This document shows positions 1-11,500 of a stretch of 64,000 nt of DNA, piece after piece. The notes beneath the pieces were generated by a model, which had not been told where the DNA came from, did not search any database, and saw nothing but the letters and a program-made list of their open reading frames with translations. Each line of letters opens with the position of its first letter. Within the stretch, counting starts at the first letter, position 1. A program made the position numbers and the translations under genes. The stretch spans positions 1-64,000 of the forward strand of contig CAWCLO010000006.1 of NCBI GenBank assembly GCA_963796455.1. The letters run 5' to 3'. This DNA comes from Candidatus Sulfomarinibacteraceae bacterium (GTDB lineage: Bacteria; Acidobacteriota; Thermoanaerobaculia; Thermoanaerobaculales; Sulfomarinibacteraceae).

Positions 1-40
1 AATCCGGTGGTCCCGGGTTCGAGTCCCGGGCGGCCCACCA
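1..40 (+). tRNA. 3' part of tRNA-Lys(TTT): anticodon 3' strand, variable loop, T arm, acceptor strand, CCA; 5' half lies outside the window
   Basis: AATCCGG-TGGTC-CCGGG-TTCGAGT-CCCGG-GCGGCCC-ACCA has a canonical T stem/loop and CCA. The anticodon loop CTTTTAA is read from the downstream copies at 7179 and 11733. Confidence 0.85.
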
Positions 41-75
41 ATTTTCGTGTCCGGCCTTCGGCCGACACGAAAATT
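40..75 (+). terminator. hairpin immediately after the tRNA
   Basis: AATTTTCGTGTC...GACACGAAAATT inverted repeat around CGGCCTTCGGCC. Confidence 0.6.
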
Positions 76-562
76 GTCACAGGCGTAGCTCGGAGAGCGA
101 AGCCGGACATCCGCGCTGACACCTGTAGCCGGTCAAGAAGGATCGCCGGGCAAGCCAACCTTCTCCAAGACGTTGTTGTGAACTCAACAATGCGGAACGT
201 GGTACCCATGTTGGACAGCAGTGTCCTGAACTCATCAATGTCTCCCAGAACGGTGGGGCAGGCTGGGGCGTTCTACCACAGAGACTACAACTGGTTGACA
301 TACTGCTTAATTAGTAGCATAAGATACTAATGTTAGAATATCAGATTGAATCCCTGCATATCTGTCGTTGGCTTTTGCGGTCAACAGCAACAAAGGACGA
401 TATCGAGATAAAGATGGTGTTGATGGGTGCGCAGGAGATGACAACGACCATGGACTCCGTGGAGTTCAACGTGGAGATTCCGGAGGGGACCTTCGACCTG
501 CCTGCGGAAATCCAGGAACTGCTCGCCGCGAGACAGCCGGCGGCGGGAGAGTGAGGGTCAAC

Positions 563-1489
563 ATGAGCCACGACTACGATCCCGGCCCTCTCCAGGCTCT
601 CGGGTTCACGGAGACCGAGGCCCTCGTGTACGGCTATCTCGTCGAGAACTCGCCGGCGACGGGGTACCGGATCAGCCACGCCATAGGGAAGCAGCCGGCC
701 AACACCTACAAGGCTCTCAGATCTCTCGAAGACAAGGGGGCGATCATCATCGAGTCGGGGAAGAGCAATCTGTGTCAGGCTGTCCCCCCCGAGGAATTCT
801 CGACAACCTGGAGAGGCGGTTCCAGCGGCATCGCCTCGAGGCCAAGCGTGAACTGGAGGCCCTCCCCTCGCCTTCCGCGTATGGCGGCATCTTCCATCTG
901 AAGAGCGTCGAACAGGTGATTCAGCGGGCCAGGGCCATGGTGGGCGAAGCGAAAGAGATCGTGCTCTGCGATCTATCTCCGGGCCCGTGCGAGCGGATGG
1001 CCGAGGTCCTGCGCCAGGCGGCCGCTTCGGGTGTGGTTGTCGCTTGCCACGTCTACGCCGAAGAGGAGATCGAGGGCGTGCACACCCTGAACATGACCAA
1101 TCGTGATCTCGCTTCGGATCGATTGGCCCGGACAGCAGATCAGCGTCGTCGTCGACAGCCTGGAGCACTTGCTGGGACTGCTCGCGATGGACATGGAGAC
1201 GGTTCACGAGGCGGTATGGAGCAGCAGCAACTTCCTGTCCTGCATGCAGCACAACAACCTAGTGGCCGAACTCATAGCCATCGGCCCCGTGTCCAGATAC
1301 TCGGGACCGGCGGACGATGTCGCCGAGTTCCTGAACAGCATCACCCTGATGCGGTTCCGCCCGCCCGGCCTCGAGGCGCTCATCCGGCGCTATGGCTCCG
1401 GCGATGCTCCGGGCCAGGGGAGACGACACGCGCTAGGGGTCGAGAACGCGGTCAATCGACCGACAATGAAAGGAAGGACCAAACAATGA
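563..1489 (+). CDS. TrmB-family transcriptional regulator (two frameshifts)
   Basis: N-terminal LQALGFTETEALVYGYL...ATGYRISHAIG...NTYKALRSLEDKGAI wHTH; continues in ORFs 772..1668 and 1103..1489. Confidence 0.75.
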
Positions 1490-1700
1490 GAAAGCCCGAA
1501 GTGCATTCTCGGCCTGCTCATCATCGTCAACGCCTGCCTGTGGGGTTTCACGATAATCATGGTCTCCCACACCCTGAAGGGAACCGGCGCCTACCAGGAG
1601 ATCCAGCACATCCTGGGTGCGCGGCTGGGATGTCGGTCGTGATCGTTGGTGGCGGCATGGCTGGATGATGACTGCGATGAAAGCGAAGGGGGGAGATCCG
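1486..1700 (+). CDS. small membrane protein (frameshifted, end approximate)
   Basis: RBS GGAAGGA and ATG overlapping the TrmB stop; hydrophobic ILGLLIIVNACLWGFTIIMVSH in a shifted frame. Confidence 0.4.
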
Positions 1701-1976
1701 GACGCAAGGTGATGATTATGGATCAGGCCGTCCGTGGGGGTCCCAGATCAGAGTATCAGGCCCCCGCAACCAGTGACCCGCCCGAATCTCGTACCACCTG
1801 GAGGTTGAGAGTCGAGGTTCCTGTAGTGCCCGCCAAAACGGAGCATGTCCGACAGCTCCATGGGTTCGAAATACTCGCACCTATTCACACATCCGTATCT
1901 CGTGGAGCACGTCCACCCATGGCGAGGGCCACACACCGCTCCCTTCGGCGTGTTGACTCGCGGCCTACGGCCGCGG

Positions 1977-3841
1977 CTGGGGTTTGGCATCGAGGCGGTT
2001 GCGTAGCGTCCTTTTGGGCGTGATTCGAGGGTAGAACCGGCAGGCTGGTCAGTTGTTTAGCTTGTGATGTCTTGACAAAAAAGACGATTGATGATATCTA
2101 GTTATTACACTAGATACAGGAGGTCATCATGGGCTATCCAACCCGCGTCCAACTGATCAAGCGCAAGGCCAGCGAACAGTGGTACATCAACTTCCCCGCT
2201 GCGCTCGCACAAGCATGTGATTTCTCCAAAGGGGAAACCGTCGAGTGGGTCGTGCGCGACAAGTACTCCCTTGTCCTCGAACGGACCGAGGCTCGCAGCA
2301 GCCCTGAGAATGAGGGGGTAAAAAAAAACTCCGCAGATCTACTGAGCGAGTTCGACAACGTGTGGAACTCCACCACAAGCCCCTTCCGGCAGGCAAGAAC
2401 CCGCGAGCGGGCATATCGGCTCGCTCTAGGGATGCTCGGGTGCCTTGGTCGACACACCATCACCGGAGTCCTCACAGCCACCGGGCGGCAGCATCTGGAC
2501 TGGACGTCAGACTACAGGTTCTTCTCTCAAGCACGATGGAAACCCGAAGAGCCTTTCGCTCCAGTGCTGCGGTCGGTGCTTGAGCTCGTCGCAGATCAGT
2601 CACCGCTGGTAGTAGCGATCGACGACACCAACCTGAGAAAAACCGGGACCAAGATCCCGGGCGTGTCGTACCGCCGTAATTGCAATTTCTTCGCCTTTCC
2701 ATCCCAATTTTGTCCGCGCGCAGCGCTTCTGTCAGGTATCTGCGATGGTGCCCGATCTGATTCTGAAGGGTGCTGCAAGAGCAGTCCCGATTCGCTTTCA
2801 CCACGCACCGACTCCTCGCAAACCTTGGCGCACGGCCTCCGACGAGCGGAGACGGGAGTACCGACGTCTGTGCCGTCAGACCAGTCTCCCTCTACAGGCT
2901 GCTTGCCTCCTGAAAGGTGTGCGAGATGAACTCCCTTCTTCGCACGCCCGGCGGCAGCTCATCGCGCTCGTCGACGGATCATTCTGCAACGGGCCATTCC
3001 TCAAGAAATCGACCCGAAAGGACGACTGTGATCGGGCGCATCCGCAAGGATGCGAAACTGTACGCATTACCCCTGGAATCAGCCCGCAGTCGGTCGCAGA
3101 AGAGTCTATGGTGAGCGTCTGCCAACACCGCGGGAGATCCATCTCGATGGGGAGCAACCCCATGGACTCCTGTCAACGCCTTTGCCGCTCGTAGAATCCA
3201 CACCTTCCACGCAAAACCGATCGGTTCCGTGTTGTAGGCACGGGCTCGGCGCTCACGCTTCTGCCTCCAGCTTGTCGCAATCAAACCTCTCCACTATCGA
3301 GCGCCTGGGAATGAACGTTTGTCGTATCGACACCCCGCATACCTGATCTGTACCGATCCGAATCTTCCTTTGCAGAAGGTCATCCAGTATTACCTCTGGC
3401 GGTGGGACATCGAGGTCAACCATCGCGACGAGAAACAGATCATCGGCGTCGGCCAGGCCCAGGTGCGTTCGCCCAAAGCTGTGGATCGTCCTCCCGGCCT
3501 TTGCGGTCGCTGTCTACGCGACTCTTCTGCTTGCCGGCATCCGAGCTCAGCGCAATGGTGGAAACGTCGATCCTCTCCCCCCACCAAAGTGGCAGCACTG
3601 CAAACCGCGCCCGAGGATCCCTACTCAGACCCTCCTACGTCACGTCCGCGGCTCAACTCTGGGGAGACGCGATTTACTCGAGGCCTCTGAGTTTCTCTAA
3701 CTTCGCGTCGCAAACAAACCATAAAACGAAACTACAGAAACGCCACCTGCCCCTTGCATCGGCTCTTCAGTATGTCGTCAATTAAACCCTCACCGTGAAT
3801 CCGGTCTGCCAACGCCACGCCTGAAAAGCGCCAAACCCCAG
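1977..3841 (+). mobile_element. IS4/IS701-like insertion sequence: small AbrB-like ORF plus frameshifted DDE transposase
   Basis: Terminal IRs CTGGGGTTTGGC (1977-1988) and GCCAAACCCCAG (3830-3841); motifs VVAIDDTNLRKTG, LVDGSFCN, YLWRWDIEVNHRDEKQ; flanking 19-20 bp direct repeat. Confidence 0.85.
2072..2116 (+). promoter_or_regulatory. IS promoter with overlapping palindromic operator
   Basis: TTGACA at 2072; TATCTAGT-N6-ACTAGATA at 2095-2116; GGAGG RBS before ATG 2129. Confidence 0.55.
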
Positions 3842-4219
3842 TCGCGGCCTTACGGCCGCGGCGTTGCGCCCCGTCGAGAGTTCTGAACCACGCCCTGGCA
3901 TGCCGAGACGGTACGCTCCCATCGCCAAACAACTTTATGAATGGTTCCCCCTGGCACCGATACGGCTATCTCCGGTCGTTTAAGATGCACATGTGAGTGT
4001 CCTCAGTTCCATAGATTGTTGCCTATTCCGTCGTGGAGGCTCGATCTACGCGACAAAGCATGAAAAACGGCAGGGGACATCTTGATAAAAACAGCCCCGG
4101 CCAGGTTTGAGTTCATTCTTGAAGGGTGGGTTGTATGAACGGCGTCCAACGCAACAGGGGAAAAGGTCAGAAGAAGGTCGCCAGGCACCTGAATCAGACG
4201 GAGGCATGAGGGAGGTCAC

Positions 4220-4905
4220 ATGAGCACGGCTCTGGAAATGTTCGCTCCGGACGTCTGGGTGAAGAAGTATCCGATTCGTTACTCCGGCTGCACCTTCCTC
4301 GCCTATAATGACCGTGATACGTCTCAAGGCGGGCCGCCTGCTGATTCACTCGCCCTGCGAGATCGACTCACAAACGAAGGCAGAGATCGCCGACCTCGGC
4401 CCCACCGCCTTCATCGTGGCGCCGGGCACCTACCACTATCTGCACGTCATCTCATGTCAGAAGGCATTCCCGGACGCGAAGACGTTTCTCTGTCCCGGCA
4501 TCGAGCGGAAGCGTCCCAAAATCCCCTTCGATGGGATTCTCGATGGCAACACACAACCCGAATGGGATGCTGAGCTCGATCAAGTCCTGGTGGAGGGCTC
4601 ACGGTTCATCTGGGAAGTCGCGTTCCTACACCGGGCGAGCAGGACTTTGATCCTCGTTGACCTGATCGAGAACATCGGCGATTCGACGCCGGGCACCAAC
4701 TCGGTATCGAGGTTCTTCTGGAAGGTCGTCTTCAGAATGTGGAACCGTCCCCGAAGGCTGGAAAGACAAGACAGCCGCCAGCCGGTCACTGTCACGTATT
4801 CTCTCGTGGGATTTCGAGCGAGTCCTCATCGCGCATGGAGAACCGATCGTCACCGATGCCAAAGAAACCCTGCGCAAGGCGTGGCAAGGTGTGTTGGATG
4901 GCTAA
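4220..4905 (+). CDS. DUF4336-like protein (frameshifted)
   Basis: MTVIRL...LLIHSP...IVAPGTYHYLH...EVAFLHRASRTLILVDL pattern; GGAGG RBS. Confidence 0.7.
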
Positions 4906-5415
4906 AAAAAGGTGCCGGGCACCAGGGTATTGACGTTCCGCATCGTTACACCCTTTTCCCCCTACTGCGGAGGTGCTCCCTCCTCTCAAATTAGCGATCG
5001 CCTCATCCTCCCGATTCAGCTTCTCCGAAAAGAGCGGGTCATTGAGCCGCCGAAGCCTTTTGGGAACGTCAATCCGTCTCCCAATGTTCTTCTTGGGATT
5101 CGGATCCCCCTACCCCTTCGACCCAGAAGAATCCTCCATCATCACATTGAAATGACATCGAGACTCCGCAATCTCGAGGATCTGAAAGGTGGCCTCTAGT
5201 GATGACCGAGAAAACCACTCTATTCTCTCCGAGGTGGTTTGCGAGACAACAAGGGCACCCTGCCGAATCGAAACCCGGGATGGCCACACTCCCCGGGCAA
5301 CTGACCTGATCTGCCTGGACTCAGATTCTCTAGCCCCTCGATCTGTGTCGGGCGTCAATGTGAGGCAGGACGAGCACTGACAAAACATCAATACCCAGGT
5401 GCCTGGCACCTTTTT
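4906..5415. repeat. ~510-bp element bounded by 32-bp inverted repeats (MITE/REPIN-like)
   Basis: AAAAAGGTGCCGGGCACCAGGGTATTGACGTT (4906-4937) versus the reverse complement of 5384-5415: 29/32 match. Confidence 0.7.
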
Positions 5416-5621
5416 GGCACCTTTTGGCACTTTTTGGCAGGGCCTTCTCGACGATCGGACGGCGAAGCTCCAGGTGTCCCTCTCGCTCAGACTGTACGAT
5501 CCTTCCACCGGGAGGGCGCCGACGCCGGACCGGGGATCCTTTCATCCCCAGGGTTGCCTGGGGATTGGGGGTGCGATACTCTGGCCTGAGCAAAATCCTT
5601 AAGATTAGAGGAGAGAGAACG

Positions 5622-6950
5622 ATGGGATTACATTCTCTCTGGAAGACGGCGTCGATTGGCTGCCTCGGTCTATCTATGGTTCTGCTGCCTGGAGCAGCTT
5701 TGGCCCAGTGGGTTCAGGCGGGCGCTGACATCGACGGCGAGGCAAGCTTGGACGAATCGGGCTGGTCCGTGTCCCTCTCCGCAGACGGCTCTCGCGTGGC
5801 CATCGGGGCACCCAAGAACGATGGCAATGGCAGTGACTCCGGTCATGTCCGCGTCTATCAATGGATCGACCCGAACTGGGTACAGCTCGGCACCGACATC
5901 AATGGCGACGAGCCGGAGTTTTTCTGTGGCACCTCCGTGTCCATTTCCGCGGACGGTTCCCGCGTGGCCGTCGGGACGCCCGAAGCCGATGGCAACGGCA
6001 GTGACTCCGGTCATGTCCGCGTCTACGAGTGGTTCGACTGGACTTCAACCTGGCTGCTGGTGGGCTCTGACATCGAAGGCGAGGCAGAATGGGACAAATC
6101 GGGCTGGTCCGTGTCCCTTTCCGCAGACGGTTCACGCGTGGCCATCGGGGCGCCCTTAAACAATGGCAACGGCAGTGACTCCGGTCATGTCCGCGTCTAT
6201 CAATGGGTCGAGCCGAACTGGGTACAGCTCGGCAACGACATCGATGGCGATGGTTCTTTCATTCGCAGTGGCTCCTCCGTGTCCATTTCCGCAGACGGCT
6301 CTCGCGTGGCCGTCGGGGCGCCAGACGCCGATGGCAACGGCATTGACTCCGGTCATGTCCGCGTCTACGAGTGGTTCGACTGGACTTCAACCTGGCTGAC
6401 CGTGGGTTCTGAAATCGGTGGCGAAGGTGAGCACGACCTGTCCGGGTTTTCCGTGTCCCTTTCCGCAGACGGGTCACTCGTGGCCATCGGGTCGCCCGGA
6501 AGCAGTGCCGGCGGCCCCGCGGCGGGTCGAGTTCGTATCTTTGAGTACGACAGTCCGCATTGGTACCAGCGAGGTCCACACATCGTCGGCGAGACTTCGT
6601 TCGACAACTCCGGGAGGTCCGTGTCCCTTTCTGAAGACGGCTCATTCGTTGCCATCGGGGCGAACAACAACAATGGCGGCGGTAGCTTCAGGGGCCATGT
6701 TCGTGTTTTTGAGTGGGCCAACTCCGATTGGGTACAGTTCGGACAAGACATCGACGGTGAGGCAGATGCCGATTGGTCCGGGTGGTCTGTGTCCCTTTCT
6801 GCAGACGGTTCCCGCGTGGCCGTCGGGGCGCCCTACAACCATGACATCGGCAATCGGTCCGGTCATGTCCGTGTGTATTTCAGTATGCTGCTCTTTGCCG
6901 ACGGATTCGAGTCGGGCGACACCACGGCGTGGTCAATGACGGTGCCATAG
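5622..6950 (+). CDS. secreted FG-GAP-like beta-propeller protein with C-terminal FADGFESG motif
   Basis: Signal peptide; seven G-x-SVS-L/I-S-ADGS-x-VA-I/V-G repeats; ends LLFADGFESGDTTAWS. Confidence 0.85.
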   Translation: MGLHSLWKTASIGCLGLSMVLLPGAALAQWVQAGADIDGEASLDESGWSVSLSADGSRVAIGAPKNDGNGSDSGHVRVYQWIDPNWVQLGTDINGDEPEFFCGTSVSISADGSRVAVGTPEADGNGSDSGHVRVYEWFDWTSTWLLVGSDIEGEAEWDKSGWSVSLSADGSRVAIGAPLNNGNGSDSGHVRVYQWVEPNWVQLGNDIDGDGSFIRSGSSVSISADGSRVAVGAPDADGNGIDSGHVRVYEWFDWTSTWLTVGSEIGGEGEHDLSGFSVSLSADGSLVAIGSPGSSAGGPAAGRVRIFEYDSPHWYQRGPHIVGETSFDNSGRSVSLSEDGSFVAIGANNNNGGGSFRGHVRVFEWANSDWVQFGQDIDGEADADWSGWSVSLSADGSRVAVGAPYNHDIGNRSGHVRVYFSMLLFADGFESGDTTAWSMTVP

Positions 6951-7021
6951 ATCCCGGGACAGGTCAGCCTCCCTTGACACTTACATACGAAGCTGATTAA
7001 CCATCGGGAGAGGGTCATCCA

Positions 7022-7478
7022 TGGGACATCCATGGGACACTTGCCCTCAACTCCGTCCAACAAGCACCAACTATCCCCATCGAAGCTGCGGCACCCAACG
7101 TCCCTGTTTTGGGTTGGTTACCTTGTTGTGGGGTGTTGAGGATGACTGACGTATATTGTTGGAAATAGGCGTGTTACAGGACTTTTAATCCGGTGGTCCC
7201 GGGTTGCTTCGCCCTCCGGGATCGGCGTCCCGCCGAGATGAGCGGGTGGCCCTACCGGGCCCTGCTGCGGCTTTTCAGACGACGATGGGTCAGAGCTCCC
7301 TCGTCGCTTCGCTCCTCGGGACGCCGTTCGCCTCGCGCAGGGCACACCTGCTGGGCTCACGGCGCCTCTTCGACCGCCCTGGCGAGGGCCACTAGCCGCT
7401 CCCTTCGGCGTGGTCGAGTCCCGGGCGGCCCACCAGGCTTCGTTCGAAACTGCGTTTCGAACTACGCCCTGGCAAGCC
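7022..7478 (+). mobile_element. att-like junction: TGGGACA(C/T) arm doublet plus tRNA-Lys 3' half split by a 209-bp insert, then a palindrome
   Basis: Arms at 7022 and 7033; GGACTTTTAATCCGGTGGTCCCGGGTT at 7179-7205; CGAGTCCCGGGCGGCCCACCA at 7415-7435, identical to positions 20-40. Confidence 0.85.
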
Positions 7479-7777
7479 GAACCACTGCATAGCCGATTTG
7501 GCAAAATCGTTAAATCGTTGGCCCTGGCACCCAACATGGAATTCGCTTTTTGGAACTGTCAGGCGACGGAGTGCAACCTCCCCCGTTGCCTCTCAGTCTC
7601 CCTCTGCGCCCTCGACCGTCTCAGCAATCGTCCGCCCGTGTTCCCGTGCGACCCGCAGAAGCCCAGCTCATCTCAGAGTCGGCGGGAGCGGTGCGGCCTA
7701 CAAGCTCGCCAAGCACCTTGTTGAGGATTTCCACGCGCACACGGAGTCCAGCGACGGCGGGACCGGGCTCGCTCAGG

Positions 7778-8334
7778 CTATCCCTCAGCCTCCTCCACGA
7801 TCTCCATTGCTGGAGGTGCTAGCGTGAAGCCGAGCTGCTGCATAATCGCCCCCTCGTTGTAGTACATCCATTCCTCGGAAAACCTGCCGTCAATAACATG
7901 GATGACGGATGCACCGCTGATCTGGATTGGCATTCCGGTGGGGGGCAGCTCGCCGACTGCGCCAGCGTCGGTGCCGGTCACCGTCCAGCGAAGCACGATC
8001 CTGTCGCCCGCCACGATGTACCTCGTCAAACCTCACGTGGAAATCGGGGAACTGGGTGCGGAATGCCATCACGGCCTCCCCGAATCCCACCGACCCGTAC
8101 GATGTCCTCTGAGATGTCAACCACATGACGGACGTAGCCGGGGCCCACAAGGTCGTCGATCAGATCCAGATCCCCCTCGTTCCAGATCGTGCGGGCGCGT
8201 TCAGCGAGAGCGGTCATAGCCTCCGTGGCCGAAGAATCAACCGCCTGCTGCTGGCAGCAGCCCGACGCGAGGCCCAGCATCACTAGGACGAACGCCGGAC
8301 CGGCAAACCTCAACACAACTCTCGATACTCTCAT
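7778..8334 (-). CDS. SnoaL-like ester cyclase family protein, possible lipoprotein (frameshifted)
   Basis: LASGC lipobox-like; IWNEGDLDLIDD, FRTQFPDFH, GDRIVLRWTVTGT, PPTG, SEEWMYYN spread over three frames. Confidence 0.75.
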
Positions 8335-8473
8335 TCTTCCAATCCCCCTTTGTCTCCGCTCAGGCGAGAAACTCTTCCATCCGTTGTTCGATCCGCACCA
8401 CAAATATTTCCAATACATACAACGTGTGGCCGGGCCTTCTGTCTGTCAACTCTTTCGCACGGATCGGTGAGCA

Positions 8474-8493
8474 ATAGGAATTTCCTTTCGTTC
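8474..8493 (-). mobile_element. orphan IS91-type oriIS end
   Basis: 19/20 identical to 37100-37119, which lies downstream of the IS91 transposase; minus strand reads GGAAATTCCTAT. Confidence 0.65.
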
Positions 8494-8775
8494 GGCTCCA
8501 AGCTATAACGACGTTCGGGCGCGTTCGCGGGCGAGTTGTTCGGGGTCGGTGGACATGGGGCGAGGGTGGCAGGGGGCGCCTCAGCGGGGAGCTTCGCTCT
8601 GGGCGATTTTCGGCCTCCTTCTGTGCCGTTTTCCGGGGGAACGAAAAAGGGGCTTAACGCCCATTCCCTCCGATTACACCGAATCGGTGGTGGTCTTTCT
8701 TGCGTCCCGATCGCCTAACGGTCATCCACCGCTTCGCGGCTTGGATCGACGCCGTGCCTGTAAAGTGAGCAACCC

Positions 8776-9156
8776 TTACTCGGGAGAACCAGGACTCATG
8801 AACAGGTACGCGACACCCAAACCCAACAGCACGTAGATTCCAACAGCCGACCAACCGACTGCGCTCATCACACCTGATAGCGTTCCCTGCACCGAGACAA
8901 TCACGCCGATGATGTTGGAGATCAACAACGCGAGAATGATCGCTCGCCGTGCTCTGCCATCCGTAACATCTCTGGCGAGCCAACACACCAAGCCAATCCC
9001 AATAAGTGCTGCCCCGAAATACCGTCCCATGAGTATTTCGCCCGGACCCTGTGTGACTCCGTAGATCGACAACACGAGCTGCGGGAAGAGTTCAAAGCAA
9101 ATCCCGTAAGCTAGAGGGACGGTGGCGTGAATGATAAATATGGTTTTGAATTTCAT
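8776..9156 (-). CDS. small four-helix membrane protein
   Basis: Intact hydrophobic ORF starting MKFKTIFIIHA. Confidence 0.7.
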   Translation of the reverse strand: MKFKTIFIIHATVPLAYGICFELFPQLVLSIYGVTQGPGEILMGRYFGAALIGIGLVCWLARDVTDGRARRAIILALLISNIIGVIVSVQGTLSGVMSAVGWSAVGIYVLLGLGVAYLFMSPGSPE

Positions 9157-9773
9157 GAGGTCACCCCTTGTGGACCAATTGATAGGATCTTCCGAATACG
9201 ACGACATTCATTCGGTCAGCGAACCAATCTTAAGTACTCGATAGGCACCACCCCCTTTAGTTGGGCACACCTCAACCATCCCAACCATCGACAGGCTGAC
9301 GTGCCACCGGCTAACGGCGGGATACCCGCCATCGTCATGTTGTTCTCCGTTGTCTCTACCTAGGTAAGGTGGTGCCTAAGCGGACGGAATGCAACAACTG
9401 AATCCAGATATCCTCGTCTGGTTTCAATTAATTAGGAACGATTATTACGCCCTGGCAAGCGGGTTTTTCGTGAGGTTGTGATACCTGGCACGGTTTCTCG
9501 GAGGGTGACATCCCGGAGATCTGGACCCATATTGTCTTTGAAGTCACTCAAACAATGGACGCGTCAGGCTGGCCACGCCGAGGTCTCGCCGGATTCGATT
9601 ATCGATGTGGGCCGGTCCAAGATGAACCTATTTGAGGTGCACCAACAGGGCGCCACGGTAGCCTCGACTCTCAACTTCGATAAGGCACAGCTTTTCGGGC
9701 TTGGGTCAGGAACTTTCCGTCCCTATGGGGCGGGGTACAAATACAGGGGGCGGGCCAAGGGAGGATATCTGGA

Positions 9774-11405
9774 ATGAATACGCAAAGCGTTTTCAGATTA
9801 GTGGCGGTTGGAGTGATGACCATGACTCCGATGAGTCTGGCAGCAGAGGATGGCTGGACTGAAAAGACCGACATGCCAACAGCGAGATTCGGTCTTGCCA
9901 CCAGCGTTGTGGATGGCAGGGTTTACGCCATTGGCGGTGGAGTAGGTATGGGAGTCATGGTTCGCAACGTACAGGAATACGATCCGGCAACGGATAGCTG
10001 GGTGGAAAAGGCCAATATGCCTGCCGCCACATGTTGGCATTCCACCAGCGCAGTGGATGGCAGGATCTATGCCATCGGGGGCTGGGCGCCTGGTGGCGTC
10101 GGTATTGACACAGTGGTGGAATATGACCCAGCGACAGATACCTGGAGGGCAAGGGCTGAGATGCCGACACCAAGGAAATTCCTGTCCACCAGCGCAGTGA
10201 ACGGCAAGATCTACGCTATCGGGGGGTCAGAACTCTAAATGCTCTTGGCACAGTCGAAGAGTACGACCCAACTACAAACACCTGGACAACGAAAACCGAT
10301 ATGCCGACGCCGAGAATACTCATGTCCACCAGCGTGGTCGACGGGATCATCTATGCCATCGGAGGCGCCCTAGAGCCGAATACACAGAGGACTCGACAGT
10401 GGAGGCTTACGATCCGGCGACGGACACCTGGACGACAAAGGCGCCGATGCCGACGGCAAGGGCCTTTTTCTCCACCAGTGTGGTGAACGGGAAGATCTAC
10501 GCCATCGGAGGTTGCACAGGAAACTATGACGTTCTTACTTCCAACACCGTGGAGGTATTCGATCCGGTGACGAACACTTGGACGGTGACGGACGATATGC
10601 CAACCCCAAGAGCGGCATTGGCCACCAGCGCGGTCAACGGCAGAATCTACGCCATCGGGGGCGATCTACAGTTGCGCTTTTTTGGAACAATCCTTCTTCA
10701 ATAGTGGAAGAACTGACCGTTGCCCCGCCCGAACTGCCCTTCGTCTACTGGCTGGAGGTGGCCGCCAATCTGCCGGGCAGCTACGGGAGCCAGTGGGTCA
10801 CCGACCTGGTCCTGTTCAACGAGGCGGAGACGGCCGCCACCGTCTCCCTCGTTCTCCACGCTGAGGACGGCCAGCACACCGCGCCCGCGTCGGTCGTCGC
10901 CGGCGCCCAGGGGGTGTTCGAAAACGTCGTCGGCAGCCTCCAACACCAGGGGAAGGGCCCGCTCGAGGTACGCTCCAGCCTCTCGCTGCGGGCCGCCGCG
11001 CGGACCTACAACCTGGCGACCGAGGGCACATTCGGCCAGGGCTTCGCGCTCTACACCACGGATCAGGGCTTGGCCGCCGGCGACACGACGTGGTTGCTCG
11101 AACTGCGCCAGGAGCAGGACCGGTTCCGGACCAACATCGCCGTCGCCAACACAGGCGACGCCGACGCATCGGTGCGGATCCACCTCATGGCGACTGACGG
11201 AAGCGAAATCCACGCCTACACCCTCGACCTCGAGCCGGGCGAGCTGATTCAGGACCTCGAGCCCTTCGCGAGACGCGCCGGCCGTCCCGATCTGGGGTGG
11301 GGGCTGGCCCGGGCGGAGGTGATAACCGGTTCAGGGGTGCTGGTGTCCGCGTCGGTCATCGACTCGCGCACCAACGACGCGACCACTGTGCCGATGCAGC
11401 GGTAG
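9774..11405 (+). CDS. secreted Kelch-repeat protein with C-terminal lineage-typical domain (frameshifted)
   Basis: Six MPT-x-R...S-x-V-x-G-x-IYAIGG repeats; C-terminal AANLPGSYGSQWVTDL...SVIDSRTNDATT domain. Confidence 0.8.
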
Positions 11406-11500
11406 TCATCGGAACTCTGATGCTGGTGCCAGGGGGCAGTGGGAGGAGCGCCTACCCGACCCTTCAAGAACCGGTCTCCGATTAGAGCAAGTATCTGGGT

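Noticed and set aside
330..554. Complete small gene upstream of TrmB
   Set aside because: Looks like the C-terminal remnant of a longer protein (…VEFNVEIPEGTFDLP…) without a credible start; not assignable.
5622..11405. Diversity-generating retroelement TR/VR pairs in the repeat genes
   Set aside because: The repeats are in-frame propeller blades, differences are not evidently adenine-specific, and no reverse transcriptase is present.
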